The position numbers and the translations under genes are program-made. A stretch of 64,000 nucleotides of DNA, taken from Kudoa neothunni. Its lineage: Eukaryota; Animalia; Cnidaria. Location of the stretch: assembly GCA_964304625.1 (NCBI GenBank), contig OZ199838.1, positions 62,001 through 126,000 on the forward strand. Reading direction: 5' to 3'. Below are positions 1 through 12,629 of this stretch, piece after piece (the first letter of the stretch is position 1; each line of letters opens with the position of its first letter). The notes under the pieces are model-generated. The model did not search any database. It was not told where the DNA came from and saw nothing but the letters and a program-made list of their open reading frames with translations.

Positions 1-329
1 ACGATTCTTAATACCCCTTGATATGAAAGAATATTTAATTTTTAACCAAAAATCACACTTAAAAACATAATGAAACTTGTTTAATTTAAAAGATATGTTG
101 AACTTCTTAATCTTACAATCAGCCCTTCATCGTCATGTGGCAACTGAGTGCTACCAATAAAATGTCCAAGTGTTGTGTGATAGTGTGTCTCGTTTAATTT
201 CTAATTATTGATTCCATAATGTCTTTAGTTTTAATAGAAAAATAAATTTTTCATGCATTAACAATAAATACGCACATCCAAGTATATAATGTGCTCATTC
301 CAATGTAACTTTTGTGAACTACCGAATCA

Positions 330-528
330 CAAAAATTTAGATATTTATTGGACAATCAAGAAATTACATAATAATTGTAACATCAGTTAATTCATTATTA
401 TGTTTACTTTTAAACATATGAGTTTAATGTAATTTAATTAAGTTTAAATTCTATTTTTACTGGGTTCTCACGAGACCCGGCTTGGGCATACAAGGTTTTT
501 CAAAGCGGTCCAATCCCGGTATGGTTAA
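330..528. mobile_element. Probable piggyBac terminus
   Basis: GC-rich subterminal palindrome ctgggttctcacgagacccgg followed by ...cccggtatgg|TTAA (525-528), same layout as other piggyBac ends here; partner end not identified, left limit approximate. Confidence 0.4.
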
Positions 529-2155
529 CCTTCTAAGTAAAAAGTGGTAGATTTCTACTCCAAGTGAATTTTTCCAGCAATATTAGAGCGTATTAATGGA
601 ACATAACTCCTCTCCAGTTTTTGTAATCTTTTTTTCTTTATAAAAGCTTTCAGAAAAATGGAATGAAAATTTTTCTTCGAAATACCAAAAAAAGATAATG
701 TAAAAAACACCATCCAAATAGAATTCTTTAAAATATTGATGAATGTCATTTTTAAAAGTTTACGGAAATTGTATTGAGTAAATAGTGAATAAATATCGAA
801 ACGCCATACATGCGATGACATCCCGCACGCACAAAATCTATATATGCATGTCATCCTCTCCTGAATACAATGACAGCTCCGTATTGTCTCATTATTCTTA
901 TACTAGCTCATCAAAATATGATGGCTCTTCGCTTGTTTGTAGAGTTCTGCGTCGTAGAAAGCATCCAAAAACATATGATATAATTTTTCAACAGTCAGGC
1001 AATTTTTGTGTCATTGAAAGAGTTTAAAAACATATGTGATAATTTTTTTGTGAAATAAGCACTGTTCGCCATCATTTTGTGTTTTTCTGCGTAGCATTAC
1101 ACTGCGTTATTTAAAATAAGATAAATTAATTGACAGTTGTTATGAAACTTGAATTAAATAGTAAAACTAAAAAAGTACAAATACACCTATAATTAAAATC
1201 ATACTCGAAAGAAATGTAACATCTCTATACGCCCATGCGCATGTAGAATATAATTTCAATAATTGATCATTTATTCAACATTTACTCGATGAATTTTCCT
1301 CATATTTTGGAAGTCGATGCTGACTCTTATTGGGAGGATGTAAATTTTTTAGCTACTTAGAAGGTTGAGAATGTTCCAAAAAAAGATATTAATTTTGGCA
1401 TGAAAAATATATCTTTGCAAGTTATCACGAGTTATATTAATTTTTCTATTATTATATCCCTAAGATAATCTTAATTTAACTGAATTTATAACAATCGTTT
1501 AAAAGCTATTTATGAAAAAGATTTATTTAACTTCTCCTCTGGATTAATTGAAAGGAATCAAAATTTTTATTATTTTCAAAATACATTCTCCGATGTTAAA
1601 ATATTTCCAATTCCATCTGAAGCTGAGGAGATCGCGCTAGTAACCAATAAACCAACCTTTATCCTCGGAGTTTGTGAGACAATATTATTTGATGAATATG
1701 ACAAATATATTATAATATTAAATTATTTCCTTTAATAATAATTTTAATTAAAAGTTGAAAAAAATTTATTATAAACGCCAATTAATCATTATATCGATAC
1801 GTAGGTAACACTATTAAATAAAGGTCGTCGCTGGCCGTACCCGGAGAGTCGCATTGGTACGAATTCATTGTACTATTTTGAAAAAATATAAGAGTAAATG
1901 ACGAAAAACGAGGAAACAAAAAGACAATCTTGAATACTGACATTTAATGAATAATGGTGCTAAAATTATAATATTACAAAATTAGACAACATAGCAATGC
2001 ATGTTGCATGCAACGTTAATTTAGTGGAAATCGAGGGGTTCCATATTCAAGACAGAATGAAACCAACCATTCATCTGAACATTCAATGCGTTCAAGATAG
2101 ACTATAAGGAAAAATATAAAAAAGTAAAAGAAAATTTTGTTGTCGAGACAATTAA

Positions 2156-4832
2156 CCCTCGAATACCTGGGTTGGACCACGCTGGTCCACGAGTAATAAA
2201 AATTTTAATATCTTTTTGCATACATTTTTTAAAACTTTTTTATGTATTCCTATTTTATGATGTGATTATGCTTTATTACATTTTAAAATAATAGAATTGT
2301 AAGTTTTGTGAATTTTTGTAAAAAATAAGTAAACAAAAAAAGTTACGTAAATACCTGAGATGGACCATTCCGGTCCAAGTGTAATTGTTAACGAAATTAA
2401 TATTTTTTACTATAATTACATCATTCTAAATTTTCATATTGTATTTCATAAGCAATTTTAAATATTCTAAACCTATTTATGGCTAATTATATATTTAACC
2501 GAAAATATAAATTGAATTTATTTATGACAAGCTTGCGCGCTCAACAAGACATATGCTTATAAAATGAATTCTGACGAAGAACATATTTTTTTTGAGGACG
2601 ATTATAAAAGTGCTGACAATTACACTATACATTGAAAATGGTTTAGAGGACTTGGATGAAATAATTAATGAGCCAGTCAACAATGATGATGATGCTAACG
2701 ATAGCGATGCGAGCATTGAAGATATGACACATGTCCTTTTGTTGTCTGCAAAGATGGAGAAAAATGGTATAAAACTCCAACTAGGGTTGAAAGAAGACCC
2801 ACAATGGGAAATATTTATAATGTAAAAGCGGCATTCACAAATAAAGCATTCCCGGAATGGTCAAACTCCCATGAGGGCTCTAATAATTTGTTGACCAATA
2901 AAATGTTGGAAGAGATCCAATGTTGTACCAACAAATTTATTGAACAAGAAAAAACAAATGTCAAAGAGATAAATATGGCCGAGTTGAAAGTTTTTTTGGG
3001 AGCTATCTTAATTAATTGGCGTAATGAAAGGCAAAAATGAAAACATCCGAGAATTTTAGACTGAAAAATATGGCCTCTCGATCACTAATTGCAAAAATTA
3101 CAAGGAATCGCTTTTAAGATTTTTCAACTTGTCTCATATTCGACAAGAGAAGGACCAGGGATAGAGAGGATAAACTTTCCCCCATCAGATATATATTTGA
3201 TGAGTTTATAAAAACGTGTAAGAAAGTTACAACCCATCTTCCCAATTGACTGTGGAATGAACAGCATGTCACATTCAGAGGTCGTCGCCCCTTCAAAATG
3301 TTCATTCCTTCTAACTTCTAATCCTGGAAAGCATGGGATAAAAATATGGACGTTGGTGTGATGCAACAAACGCATATCCATGCCTATACAAAAATATATA
3401 TTGGCAAAGAGAACGGTGGTTGTTGAAGACCAGGGTGAAAGGTGAAAATGTGGTAAGGGATTTACTTACGCCTTATTTAAAAAAAGGTCGTAATGTTACC
3501 ACGGACAATTTTTTTACCACATTGTCAGTTGCCGGATACTTAATGTCTCATTAAAACAACAACTGTAGGGACTTTCGTAAAAATAAAAAATTTCTCATCC
3601 TGAATTTCAATCATCAAAGGGAATACCAAACGATGTGGGATTTTTATTTCAGGATAAATTTACGTTGGTAAAATACAATCCCAAGAAAAATAGATGTGTG
3701 GTACTTTTAAGCTCCACACATCGAGATTGTGATATTGATCCTGAATCGAAAAAACCAGAGATCATAAATTATTACAACCAAACCAAAGGAGGGGTTGATA
3801 CGCTTGACCAAATTGTCCGCTACTATTCCACCAAAAGAGCCACTCGTCGTTGGCGCTTTTCTTTAACATCATCGATATATCCGCCTATAATGCATATCTC
3901 CTGTATGTTTATCGAAACTCGCAATTCAAAAATGCTCATAACAAACAATCCCGAAGAGAGTTTTTAAAAATGTTAGCTGAAGAATTGCTGGGAGACGATG
4001 ATATCAATTTTGAAGCCATCACAATAAAAAGGAAGGAACCTCTTTCTGGAAGAGGTACATGTCATATTTGCCCAATTAAAAAGAAGAAAAGCAGGAGAAT
4101 TCGCTCAAATTGCAACAAATTTGTCTGCAAAAATCATCGAATCGAAAATATAGAATGCGATTTGTGTAACAAAAAATAAAATATATTGTATTATTTATCA
4201 ACTTTATTTCGCCATATTTTTATACGCACTTAAATTTTTTTTATTAAATTTGATTAAATCTACAAAATATATCATATTTGTGTAATTTACCTATTTAGAT
4301 TTTAGACAAAACGATTAGAATTAATGTCATTATAATGATATGGTATAGATAGATTGGGCATGTAATTCGGTTTAATGTTGTAAAATATTAAATTAATTTG
4401 TGTTTTTTATATCAAATTATCATTTGTAGTTATAGACAAAATAATTTATTGATTATATCTTTATTATAATGGGTTTTTGGCAATTAATCAAAACACCATC
4501 TAAATTATACCGCTAATTACAATCATAAAATAACAACTTTGAAAGTTATAAATTTATCTTAAATTCAAAATTTACATGATCTAATGTTATTTCGTTTCTT
4601 TTATACGATATCGATTTTATGTAAGTTTATATTTACAAATTATTCATTTTTTTAATGCACGCGTTTAAAAAAATTTGTTTTTAATGTTTTAAATTAAATT
4701 TTTCTCTCATTTTAACTTAAAACCAAGCTGTTTAAATGTTTTATTTATCTTTATAGCCATATAGTTTCAAATATAATTATGCTACGATTAAATTGCATAG
4801 GACCACGACGGTTCTCTTCAGACATTCGAGGG
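2156..4832 (+). mobile_element. Full-length decayed piggyBac transposon
   Basis: TTAA on both sides; TIRs ccctcgaatacctg / cagacattcgaggg; fragmented transposase (FRGRRPF, TDNFFT, YNQTKGGVDTLDQ, C-terminal Cys-rich tail) in ORFs 2592-4179. Confidence 0.95.
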
Positions 4833-5060
4833 TTAATCTTAACAAAATTGTGTAAAGAAACGAAAGAACGACGATTGTCAACTTTTATGTATCTTGTTGA
4901 ATAACAACGACATCAGATGTGGTCCCGTATCAAAAAGAACGAAGGCTCTTATTCTACACGATAGTTAGCTCACGAATTGACTGATAGATAATCCTATTTT
5001 TAAATTGTAATATTAGATGAATGAATACATTCATATAAAAGACAAAATTTTCCAACGATT

Positions 5061-6409
5061 ATGAGGATTTTATTTATCATTAAAAATGTTACTTTAAACT
5101 TTTATTGTTTCGTAACAGATTGTATATTTTAGGTTAAATCCTATTTTGCGAAACATGCATTCACATCTTTGTGTATTTTTCTTGTAATATGCATGATCAA
5201 GTACAATATTTTCAATATAAGTAGTGAAATTATCTAGAGTAATTGTTTCTTATCTATTCCTAGAATTATCGTATTATTGGGAGCCTAAAGTGGTACAAGT
5301 TATTTGTTTCGAACAACCTCTATGTATACAGAATATCGATAAAAAAATCATGTGATTATTTAGTTACATCAATACCTATAAACCTGAACGATATTTCTGT
5401 TGAAGAAGTCGAAAATTTATTTAAAGAAAAATATAAACATAGACTTAACAAAAACGGAATTTTAGAGAATACGGAATGTGGAAAAGAAAATGTAAAAATA
5501 TATTGTCACATTATAAAACATTTATTTTATTAGGTTGCTATTATTGTCCCGTTCAAAAATAGACACAAACAAATGGGTGTGTTTTTGAGGCACATGCACC
5601 CATTCCTCCAAAAGCAAGATATTAATTATAGGATTTTTCTAGTGAATCAAGTAAAAATTATAAAGATTGAGACTACATTTTGAGTATATAATTAGACCAA
5701 CGACTATCCATTCAACAGAGCTTTATTGTTAAATGTGGGATATCTGGAAAGTTTAAAATTAGGAAAATATGAATGTTTCATTTTTTCAGACATTGATTTG
5801 TTGCCCGAAAATGAGTTCAACCGATATGATTGTTCCAATTCCCCAGAACATTTTTCCCAAAATATTAAATCGAACAATTACCGGTATTTTTTATATTGAT
5901 TACAGATAAAACTATAAATTCTTATAAGAAACTATTATGATACTTGTTTTGGTGGAGTAGCAGCATTATCACGAGAACACTTTGAAAAAGTGAATGGATT
6001 CTCTAATATTTTTTGGGGCTGGGGTGGTGAAGATGATGATCTATATAATCGGTGAGATAATGCCTCAGTTAATAAATGGATAATACAAATTTAGCGTAAT
6101 ATATAATGGATTTCGTTTGTACAGGAAAAATCAATCATTAACACGTTACACTGATAATGTGAGGCATCATACCCGACATAGTGAAAAAAATCCCAAGAGG
6201 TAATAAAATGTTATAATTGTTATTATTGAATAATTATATGAAGGTTTAATATTTTAAATGAGATGAAAAATCTTGGGAATAAATCTGGATTAAATAATAT
6301 TATATATGATATAACATCAATTAAAGAATATATGCTATTCACTGAAATAAATGTTGATATAGAAGCCACATATAAGGATTATCTTACCAACTGGGCACCT
6401 TTATTTTGA
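5061..6409 (+). CDS. GT7 beta-1,4-galactosyl/GalNAc-transferase, copy 1 (9 exons, intact)
   Basis: Spliced translation gives N-terminal TM, VAIIVPFKNR, PFNRALLLNVG, FSDID, FGGV and WGWGGEDDDLYNR; GT-AG introns ~37-45 nt; open frame to TGA 6407-6409. Confidence 0.93.
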
Positions 6410-6977
6410 TGGTGTTTATCATAACTTGTTCGGTTGTTCATCTTTCATAAATTTATTAAAAATAATTTCTGACAGAAAAAGTAATAAGAAGAAGTTTTCA
6501 ATAGAACTTTGTATATTCGCAGTATTAATTGCCTAACACTGACACGTACGACCAGGATGCAAAGGACCAGTTTTATTAATTGTAGTACTTTCAATATAAT
6601 CAGAAAGACCAAAATCTGTCTTTTTCATATATAATTTTTTTTGTTTTTTTTTATTTATGCCATCTAATAACTTAAAAAAATTTTATTTCTACATAAACAA
6701 ACCCGAACCTTTCGTGCACAACAAGGTCCACTGGATTCTGTCGAATAATTAGACAATTAAAAGTCAAAACGTACATATACTCTAAAATAAAAATTATATG
6801 TTCTAAAACTCAACCTGAAACTTACTGTATCTATTAAAACAAATAAAAGGTATTAAAAACTTTAAATTTTTACTTATTTCCTTCATTGCACATTACAAAA
6901 CAATTATTTCTTATTTATTCTTCATTTTATAATTTTGTTAAATACTATATATAAATATATCTACTATCTACTATATA

Positions 6978-8913
6978 TAGAGTTTCTCAATTGAACTCGG
7001 CACCATTTTGGTTCTAACAATAATTCATATTTAAACATTAATGATATTTTTGGATAACGTTTATTAGTTATTCTCGTAAAAAAAAATAAATAAATACCAA
7101 AGGAAGACAATATATTACACGTTAAAAACAAACTCAATTTGATTTCCCCAACAAATTTTTGTGTAACCTTTAATGCGTACCATACAATAATTCCTCTTCA
7201 AAATTTATTTTTAAGACAATTGTATCATAGAAAGAACCAATATAATATCAACCTTAGACTCAGGAAAAAAGACCTCGTATAAAAAATACGGTCAAAAGAT
7301 CGAGGCAGCACATTACAAATATGGTGAACTGAATATGTTTCTTTCGTATCTCAGATAATGGTCTTATCATCAGAATTATCTAATTTTGTCGACCACGTGT
7401 GACGATTTCTGACCGAATTCATCGGTTACTATATTTGTGTTGTCGCAAAGAAATTTCATAATACAATGAATCCGGAAGAGAGAAATAATTTTATTGAATC
7501 GGATTGTTCTATTTACGATGATAATGAAGTTCTAATTACTTCGAAACCTAAGAAACGAGTTCAACGGGAAACAATATCATCTGAACTGAGAGAGCAAATT
7601 TTCAACTTTTTTGTAAAGGGGAGGAGTGATACCTATATTGCATCCGGGATGCGTCTACCTCGGTCTACAGTATGTCTATTTTATCCAACTTCAGGATGAG
7701 TAGAACTCTTGAACCGAAACCTAGAGGCGGAAATAGACGACCTACTCTATCTCTTGAACAGAAAGAAAAAATTATTAGATGGGTAGAAGAAAATTCCTTG
7801 ATCTCCCTAAAAGAAATAAAAAATAGAGTCCATGAGGATTTTGGAATTGTTGTGTCGCTTAGTACAATCTACAGGGTGGTTGGACAATTTCACTATACTC
7901 TAAAAAAATTAGTGAGAGTGCTAGAGAGAGGAAACTGCGAAACCAGAATTCAAAAAAGAAGGGAATACGCAGAAATGTTCAGGGAGCTGGAAACGACGGT
8001 GACTCATGAGAGTATTGTTTTCCTCGATGAAGTAGGGTTCTCTGTTGTGACGCGACCTAAAAGAAGTAGATCGTTAAAAGGAACGTCAGTCTATTGCTTC
8101 GTTTCGGCCGCTAAAAGTAGGAATATTTCTGTTGTCGCAGCTGTAAATAAACATGGAGCAATTTACAGCAAAATACACGACAAGGCGGTTACATGGGAAG
8201 ACTTTAAGATTTGTTTAGAAGAGCTTAAGAATTCCTGTATAGCAAAAGGTATACATCAACCATTTTTTGTAATGGATAATGCAAGAATCCATCATTACAC
8301 GGGATTAAAATATTTGGTTGTTAGAGAAAATATCCTAATAAGGTATTTACCACCTTATAGCCCTTTTCTTAATCCCATAGAAAATGTCTTCTCTGGTTGG
8401 AAGAACATGGTCGTCCGTAGGTAATCCAAAAATGAAAATGAATTAAGAGTGACCATTAAAGATTGCTTTAAAGAAATGACTCCACAACAATGCGATGGAT
8501 TCTACCGCAAAATGTTGGGATACATTACCAGGTCCTCTCGTGGAGAAATTATCTTAGAATAAAAAATATATAAATATCGGATTTAAAGTTTTGTTGTTTC
8601 TATTTATGTAAGAAATTTAGTAACACTATTTAACACCAAACTTAATAAGGATATACGCTCTAATCTTATAATAATATTTAAAAATATGTTTGAAAGAAAA
8701 ATAATTATTTTAAATTGTAAAACATTAATTTTACAGCAAAATGTTTCGAGTATGTAAAGTAATGTCCTAATAATTTTAAGTTACGAGATATATATATATT
8801 TTAATTATTCGTTGTTAAAAATTAAATTTTCAGTTACATTTAAGTGATTTAAACGTTTAAATATGAATTATTGTTGGAACCAAAGTGGGGCCAAGTTCAA
8901 ATGAGAAACCCTA
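6978..8913 (+). mobile_element. IS630/Tc1/mariner-superfamily DD34E transposon
   Basis: ~60-bp imperfect TIRs (tagagtttctcaattgaactcggcacc / ggggccaagttcaaatgagaaacccta) with TA on both sides. Confidence 0.92.
7466..8562 (+). pseudogene. DD34E transposase with one frameshift (~7680) and one in-frame stop (8422-8424)
   Basis: HTH region, FLDE, MDN-34-E in YLPPYSPFLNPIE; frame continues after the stop to TAA 8560-8562. Confidence 0.9.
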
Positions 8914-8947
8914 TACATAAAGCTGAAATGTCCTTGTGTGAAATCTC

Positions 8948-9220
8948 TGTCACATAGGTAGATGCCGATAGTTGCTTGCGCCAGCGAGTAACGAATGGCG
9001 GTTGACATTATATTGGATATCAGCTATCTAATCTATTAAGTACTGTTAGAGGCATCGAGCTTTTTGCTCGCGTCGTTATCACCAACGTAGCGTAGTAGCG
9101 TAGCGTATGAGGATCGAACCCATGACCCTCTAGTTAAAAGTGACGGCGCCTTAACACTCAGGATATGAGCCACAACGCTTTCGAAGTTAGGTGCTACTCT
9201 ATTTAAGTGGATGTGCCACA
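8948..9220 (-). mobile_element. 273-bp TG...CA insert (solo-LTR- or SINE-like) carrying a tRNA-derived unit
   Basis: Absent from Helitron copy B at the homologous site; minus strand starts TGTGGCACAT and ends ATGTGACA; ctgtca direct repeat at 8947-8952 and 9221-9226. Confidence 0.6.
9102..9179 (-). tRNA. Degenerate tRNA-Lys(UUU)-like sequence (pseudo-tRNA)
   Basis: A-box-like TGGCTCA, anticodon loop CTTTTAA, GAGGGTC variable region, intact T arm ATGGG-TTCGATC-CTCAT; acceptor and anticodon stems damaged. Confidence 0.55.
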
Positions 9221-10691
9221 CTGTCAGCAAGTACGTATGTGCGTCAAAAATTTTCCCTTATAGAGAGACATCTATGGAATCGTTTAAAAATTTTTTGATA
9301 TTAAAAAAATCGATGAATTATTTTAAAATGACTAAAGTTTCCAAGAATTATTTAAGTAATCGTGACTTTGCCGATTTAAAATTTATTTATCGGATTACAT
9401 GAGTTCAAATATAGGATTAGCACGTGTCTATGTGATGGTGATGGTCGGTTATGGTTATCTTTCTCCCATATATGCTCTATATAATATTAGTTGAGCGATG
9501 TCATCTATCTTTACGTATATGACTAACACGTTTATTTTATTGTTTGGAAAAATAAACTCCTTATTTCGGAAGTTTTAACGTATATGAATTGATTAGAGTA
9601 TTTTGAAATTTCGATTAATGGTTTTAGATATGACAAAAAATCAATATTTGCATTATTGTTATCGAGTTTGTAGTGCATGTTATAATCAGATAGATTGAAA
9701 CATTTTAATGCATGTACTATGCCCGTAGATTTCATTGAAATCGCCAGTTATGTTGAACTTTAAGCGATTAAAATCAGTGCAGATGTTCGTATGTTTACTT
9801 CAACAAATAGTTTAAATTATTTTTGTTGATATAGGCGGGATTTGAGGTTGTTTGTTTGAAAAGGCGCATTAAAGTTTATGCGGACCAATGCATGTTAATT
9901 TAAGTAATATCAAATAATTTTCGTACGTTTTCTTTTTCCTCAGTTATTTTTTCTATTTTTATCCTTTAAAAAGTTTTTAATGCACAAATTTTCTAAGTCG
10001 AGCCAGAATTCGACTTTTAAAAATCCCAGGGACCGAAATAACGTATTAGATTGCACATTGAGAGAGTTTAAATAATTCGGGGGAATAAATAAATGTGATG
10101 CTGACCTTTAATTATTTAGCGTTGGTGTGGTGACAGGAAACTGTTCATTAAAAAACGGGATTAATACACTGCTGCAGATAAGTGATCATGATTTAAATTT
10201 TGAAATCCAAATCGACGTAGTATGATGCTTAAAAATGTAGTTTGACTGCTTTTATGAATCTATTTGAAACATAATATTTTTCGAATGTTATTAAAAAACG
10301 TCTCGATGTGAATTCTTCTCCAAGCAACGCTGGGCAGTTCGCGCTAGTTGTATCATAAAATTCATTGATTTTGTTATTTTGCGTAATAATTTTCTAAGTT
10401 AAACATTTTGATGCGTTGAATCTACATTGTGAATTTAAAATGTGAATATCGGCGAATACCACCTTATTTGAGAACTGTACTATTTAACTCATGTTTCACT
10501 TAAATTAAAATATGCTGGATTTATTTATATTTATTTCTAGCACATCTTTTTTCATAACGTCTACACAGGATTCGCTTACCATGACTTTCAACAAGTGCAT
10601 GTATCGTATGATGGATCCAAAGATTCTAACAAATGGTTATTAAATTAATTAGTTGATGTTTCTCTTCGGCTGAAGACAAAAATATGAACAA

Positions 10692-11822
10692 CTAACGCGA
10701 AGTGCCCTGCGTTGCCTGGGAAAGATTTCGCATAGGGACGTTTTTTAATAACATTCAAAAAATAAATTGAATTCTAGAACTAATCCATAAAAGTAGAATA
10801 ACTAAAAAATTTTAATCATTATACTATGACGATTCAGATTATGAAATTTAAATTATGATAATTTGCTTGAAGAAGTGTTCCAATACAGGCATTCATTAAA
10901 AAATATCGTGGTTCGACACCAACGCTAAACAATTTAAGGTCAACGACAACATCGTATTTTTTCATTCTTGAATTATTTAAATCCTGCTAGAGTGCTATCT
11001 AATACATTATTTTTTGGCCTGGCTCGGAAAGTTTGGTCACAACTATTTATGGGAGCCAAAAATAGATATAGAGATAGAAGAAAACATAAGAAAATTAATT
11101 TTCATCGCTAAATAAATATCCTTTGGCCCAACATAAACATTAATGCCCTTTTTCTCATAAACGGCCACAAATCGCTTCAATGTCAACACAAATAATTTAA
11201 ATAATTGGTTGAAACAAAATTACGACCTTCTGCACTGAATTTAATCACGGGAAGTTAAACCTAGCGGATGGTCTCAATGAAATCTACAGACGCAGTATTT
11301 CCATTATAAAGCTTCATTTAATATGATTTTAACGTTCTCCGCCAAATCCTTATTCATGAAACTTATACAGATTTTTTATCACGTCGAAAAACATTAATGG
11401 GACCTTAAAAATGTGTTTATCAAATCAAATATGTTTAAACCCCACAAATAAGGGGTGTATCTGCGCGAACGCCTAAGTTTACACACTAAATTTATATACA
11501 GTCAGATAGCAGCAATTAATTAACATTTGATAAAACACATAAAGGGGAAAAATAACTTCGACCAACCATCAACAGGTCATAGGCAAGTTTAATCCTATCG
11601 TTAAACTCAAGTAATCCCTTGAACAAACTTTGAATCGACGAAATCACCATTTTCTTAACAATGCTGGGAACATTTGGTAGTGTAAAAACGATTAAAAGTT
11701 TTTTTGAAACCTTGGAATTTAAAAAAAATTCAGAAATGTCTCTCTGTAAAGAAAACATTGGGGTGCAAATGTGTACTTGTTGTCACATACGCAAGGACAC
11801 TTCAGCTTAAATATATAGTAGA
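10692..11822 (-). mobile_element. Non-autonomous Helitron (copy B)
   Basis: Minus strand starts TCTACTATATATTTAAGCTGAAGTGTCC and ends with hairpin cccaggcaacgcaggg plus cgcgTTAG; collinear with copy A. Confidence 0.8.
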
Positions 11823-12019
11823 AATTAGATATCTTGTTACATTTCTTTCCGACCAAAATAACTAATAGAAAATTCTTATGCTGGTATATATAAATGTTTA
11901 TTGATGATACTAGATTATCACCAATAATTTTCTAATAATTGCAATTATTGATTTTGAAAATCTGCACTTAAAACTAATCGCTTGTACATTAAATAATTGA
12001 TTTTTAGAGTTAAAATAAA

Positions 12020-12530
12020 TTTACGACCATCCCCAATGCTAAAACTGTAATCCTATTCTTTTTAAGTTTTTTTAAAGAACATCATTTTTATTTTTTAAAC
12101 AAAAGAATGATGGTTTTATGATTACCAAAAAGGGCCGTTCTGTTGAATTAAAAATATTTCCATCCTTATAATTGTTTATGTTGAAACGGATTTTATTCGA
12201 TAAAATCATCAGTATTTGAAGAGTCGACGACCTTAGTTTATCCGTAGAAACTTTTGTGTTGGAGTCCCGAACTTTCTTCTCAATCAAAAATCAAATCTTA
12301 TTTTATGGGAAAATTGTTAAGTACTCATTCTTCTCTGACATGGGCAACGTTTTCTACAATGACATAATCAGGAACTGAATTACCCAAATATACAACTTTC
12401 GAAGTCTAATCGTACAGTTAAACATTGAATAATTTATATTTTCCAGATAAAACCATTTCTACGTTGTTACAAACTGTAAATCTTCAATTTCGGTCCGTTT
12501 GCATACATAAGATCCAAAATCAAATAAACG
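12020..12530 (-). pseudogene. Multi-exon gene fragment, possibly Ig-domain (DFGSYVC)
   Basis: Short exon-like blocks separated by 45-65 nt intron-like spacers; DxGxYxC motif; one in-frame stop and one non-GT donor. Confidence 0.3.
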
Positions 12531-12629
12531 CTACATTATTATAAACACGCACACGATAAACTATAGAGCGAGCGTAAAATTTTTTATTGTTTGTGATTAT
12601 TCTCATATTACGTTATTTATAAATACCTA

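Larger units (their letters stand above)
1450..6740 (+). repeat. Segmental duplication copy 1 (paralog at ~46990-49640)
   Basis: Collinear similarity by eye across upstream flank, GT7 gene and downstream MITE; copy 1 additionally carries the 2156-4832 piggyBac. Confidence 0.9.
6960..10347 (+). mobile_element. Non-autonomous Helitron (copy A), interrupted by two insertions
   Basis: 5' TCTACTATATA..(insert)..CATAAAGCTGAAATGTCC matches 5' end of copy B; 3' hairpin ccaagcaacgctggg then CTAG (10344-10347) followed by T. Confidence 0.8.

Noticed and set aside
555-1027. Short ORFs here and antisense ORFs overlapping larger genes or transposases
   Set aside because: No motifs; expected by chance or as shadows of opposite-strand coding sequence.
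1640-2110. Protein-coding gene on the minus strand upstream of GT7 (also 47200-47660)
   Set aside because: Coding-like divergence between copies, but stops and indels in both and no recognisable family.
9102-9179. Functional tRNA-Lys gene
   Set aside because: The acceptor stem is two nucleotides short, the anticodon stem does not pair and the D region is expanded.
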